Shown: piece after piece, positions 33,400 through 36,602 of the stretch
How the letters are laid out: the number at the start of each line of letters is the position of its first letter
Numbering within the stretch: position 1 is the stretch's first letter
Assembly (NCBI GenBank): GCA_032718475.1
Contig: JAUCBJ010008447.1
Coordinates: forward strand, 1-36,602
Reading direction: 5' to 3'
DNA: 36,602 bases
Source of the DNA: Nemertoderma westbladi
Taxonomy: Eukaryota; Animalia; Xenacoelomorpha
The notes under the pieces: generated by a model
Seen by the model: only the letters and a program-made list of their open reading frames with translations
Told to the model about the DNA's origin: nothing
Database searches by the model: none
Program-made: the position numbers and the translations under genes

Positions 33400-34940
33400 G
33401 ACCGCGTTTACACTACCGAGTCAAAGTCAAGACAAATACTGGGGGGGGGGGGGGGGTCATATTTACCCTCCCCTCTAAAATCTACAAATATTAACGAAAA
33501 CGTCTGAATTTACTGGGGTGGTAATATTGCAGCACCAAAATTACAAGTAGTGCACAATTTTCACAAAATTTGAAAGTTACATTTTTCGGCTAATTGTTTT
33601 TCAATATAGGTTTTCTGGGGCGCAAAATACATTGGAAAATATTTAAAAATGATATGATTACAATAAATGGCTGTTTAGTCCTCTCTGCGTAGGAAAAAAA
33701 TGAAAGAACAAGTCCAGCACTTTTCAGTTAGAACACAACATTTTTAATTCACTTATATGATGCTATAAATTCACATTTTCAGGTTTTCTAGGGCGCTGAT
33801 TCTAATGGAATATATTTCAAATATGCCAGATCATTGCTACTTGTATTTTTCGGCGTAATTTGACAAATTTTGGTGCTAGCACCAAATTTCGTACCCATCA
33901 CCAAAAAGTACAACTTTGCGATGTCCAGTACTGTTTTTATTGATTCCATCGGATTCAGGACCCTCATAAACCCGTATAACGCAAGAAACAAGATGATACT
34001 ATCTACTGATCAATTTACTCATTTTCCAAAATTTGGTGCTGGCACAACAATTTTCACCCACCGGCGAAAAATACAAGTTTGAAAACTCTTATGAAATTTT
34101 TACTGTTTCCATTGAATTCAGAACCCTAACAAACCCGTACAACGCAAGAAACAAGATGGCACAATCAATTGATATATTTGATGGTTTTCAAAATTTGGTG
34201 CTAGCACCACATTTTGCACCCACTTCCGAAAAATACAAGTTTGAGATGTCTAGTTCGATAATTATATATTCCAATGAATTCAGAACAGCCATAAACCTCT
34301 AAAATGCAAGAAATAAATTGTCACAAGCAATTTTATCTATTGAATGGATTTTCAAAATTTCGTGCTAGCACCAAAATTTGCACACAGCACTGAAAAATAC
34401 AAGTTTGATACGCTTGGTGCAACTCGTATATATTTCATCGAAACCAGAACCCCAAAAAACCCCAATTGCGTAAAATACAAGTTTCAAACAATCAATTTAC
34501 AAAATTGACATATTTCAAAATTTGGTGCTGGCACCAAAATTTGGCACCCGCCGAAAAAAAACCAGTTTGAAATTTCTAAATCAATTTATATGAATTCCAT
34601 CCAATTGCTAAGACCAAAAAACCGGTGTAAATAAAAAATAGAGATGTTACAATTCATATTTAATGAAATGTAATTTTCAAAAAACGTCTCAAAAAAAGTG
34701 CCAAAAATAGGGTTAAAAAATGGTGCTATAACTCGAAAACTACCCAATATTTTTGAAAACGGTTTTCACTCCTAGGAAGACAATAGATTTTTAGGAAAAG
34801 TTATAAAATTTCAGATTCCCAACTGCGTTTGTTTCAGAATTATAATAAAAAAACCACGGGGGGGGGGGTCATATTGGCCCCCTCCCCCCCAGGTTAAATA
34901 GGGTTAACTTTGACATTGACTCGGTAGTGTGAACGCGACC
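33400..34940. mobile_element. PIF/Harbinger-type MITE with a nested insertion
   Basis: TIR GACCGCGTTTACACTACCGAGTCAA / TTGACTCGGTAGTGTGAACGCGACC; 3-bp TSD TAA (33397-99; 34941-43). Confidence 0.8.
33435..34907. mobile_element. piggyBac-like non-autonomous element with an internal ~163-bp tandem array
   Basis: Right end ..GGTTAAATAGGG-TTAA; poly-G/GTCATAT/poly-C subterminal hairpins at both ends; left terminus degraded; TGGTGCTAGCACCA-type units at ~33871, 34034, 34196, 34360 and 34523. Confidence 0.6.
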
Positions 34941-35164
34941 TAAAAAGTTATTTTATTCATTTTATATACGTATTATATCCATCCCGTTCTTTTTAAATAC
35001 TAACCAGGCCTTTGTCTAAAAAAATATTTGTTCTAGAACATTAATTTTTTCAAAATAAAATGGCTAAATTTCAAAAAAAATAAATTATCAAAAACTAGCT
35101 AGTAAATATTTAATTTGGTGAGAGGTGTATGCATACTGAACCAGTACCCGCTATTTTACGGTCA

Positions 35165-35326
35165 AAATAGCCAAGTTGCTATAAAAGTTTCCGGCCACTT
35201 TGCTGGTGAAGTTGCTGGTAAAGTTGCCACGTGTAAACAATAAACAGCGATTAAATTAAATTGCTCCAAACACATTGCTAGTTGCCGAGAAAGTTGCTCT
35301 AAAAGTTGCCACGTGTAAACAGGCCT
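35165..35326. mobile_element. Harbinger-like MITE right arm
   Basis: Repeated AAGTTGC modules ending AAAAGTTGCCACGTGTAAACAGGCCT-TTA. Confidence 0.55.
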
Positions 35327-36602
35327 TTAGGACAGGGGGCATTGTTTTGTAGGGGCCATATCCTTTTTAATGGCCTTTTAAGTACATGGTCTAAAGTAGG
35401 CCATTTTGCTGCTATTAAAATTCAATAAAATGTCCACTTTCAGTGAGAAATAGTAAATAAATTCAGAAAATAAAAAAAGTTAATGAAAATATAAATCGTA
35501 AGATCGATATTATGAAATGTAAGCAAATAAGACAATACCGATGGATCGTAATATTGTTATTTTCGCAGACTACATATTAAATTTAGAAATGAAGCGACAT
35601 ATTAAACACCTTTAACTAAGAATTATATTTTGTCATGAAATCGGCTATTTCTCCGCCGATTTTTGCTGGAATGATTTGAAATTTGTTCAGAAATGTTGAC
35701 ACTTGTTCAGAATACCATTTGCACAAAAAGGCACTTTTGGCCACAGCAGAGTGCCATTTTGTGGCCTATTTTATTAATTATTTGGTTTGGCCATTTTTAA
35801 ACACACCAGATGATAATTAGTACCACAAAAAATAACTTTCAAATATAGTTTAAGATTTCAAAATGTTTCAGATTTAGTCATTAAAAACGTATGTTAATTC
35901 TAGGAAAATTTAAGGGATTTGAATATTGAGTATTTCTGTGAATACAGACTCAGACACACACGGGCACGATGTTACTCCCCCCGATGTTACTTCCCAGTCC
36001 CACCGTTGTTAACAACAGTTATTGTATCATATAATAAAAAATATAGGTCTACATCCACTGAAGTGCCCATCGTGAAGTGAAATCCCAAGTGAAGTGCGAT
36101 ATCAAGATTTCCTTAGAATATGCCCTGAATTAGAAATACAGAGATATGAAATGGCCCTAAAACTTAAAACAAATATATTAAATGGCCTTCCCAGGAAAAT
36201 ACACCCATGTTAGATTGAGTTCATAATCTACAGTTAATTACTTTAAATTTATTAACAGTGGCCCCTTTATAATATCAAAATATAAAATATGGCCCTAAAT
36301 TCATAAATTAATTTTATTGATGTCTATTGGCAGAAATAGACTGGCAGACAGACATGTGTCAAACGGAAAAGACAGGGGGAAGGATAATTGGGATTACAAT
36401 CAGAGATGTGAGGCAAAGGTGGCTTCTACTGCTTGCCTTGCCATTTGCCCATCGCCTTATAAGTTCATAATAAAAGTAAGTAATAATCGGTTCGTAAGTG
36501 GCTTGTAAGCCGCTTGCAAAAGGCATTATATTATTATGGTCGTAAAGTGAAATCCTTTTCCAGTTTCGTTATTTATGATATGTTAAGCTGAAACTTGTGA
36601 AA

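Larger units (their letters stand above)
31133..36300. repeat. Fragmented unclassified repeat with periodic TGGCCC/GGCCATT modules, interrupted by MITEs
   Basis: Motif clusters at 31140-31300, 32640-33060, 35330-35420, 35730-35800 and 36140-36300. Confidence 0.45.

Noticed and set aside
33860-34690. CRISPR-like array (palindromic repeat at regular spacing)
   Set aside because: Spacers are homologous to each other, the context is eukaryotic and there are no cas genes.
10140-35326. A further outer Harbinger-MITE layer (ACGTGGCAACTTTT ends, TTA flanks)
   Set aside because: The ends match with 5 mismatches in 26 bp, but the flanks belong to different repeats; they are more likely two independent copies.

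Overview
AT-rich eukaryotic DNA, probably invertebrate, made almost entirely of transposable elements; no host gene is recognisable. (1) 1-~9.9 kb is the 3' part of an apparently intact BEL/Pao LTR retrotransposon with an unusually complex layout. Its pol carries a ~270-aa insert between RNase H and integrase, and a highly structured spacer follows. An extra downstream ORF has three CCHC zinc knuckles and an Arg-rich tail. The element also has four dispersed copies of one 21-nt hairpin and a putative LTR containing a tRNA-derived A/B-box segment. (2) 10.2-31 kb is a Russian-doll stack resolved by TIRs and TSDs: Academ A (10179-30991, TSD TAC) > Academ B (14702-28545, TSD GTAA; DDE core deleted but XPG-Cys ORF open) > MULE-like foldback element (16682-26546, 9-bp TSD) > Academ D (16693-24716, TSD TAT) > Helentron-type (HINE) element carrying a tandem trimer of its own family. 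RTE-X-like and CR1-like LINE fragments lie within the stack. (3) 31-36.6 kb holds MITEs and short tandem repeats. The best candidate for a new system is the accessory zinc-knuckle ORF plus repeated RNA hairpin in the BEL element. All calls come from reading the sequence only; no searches were run.
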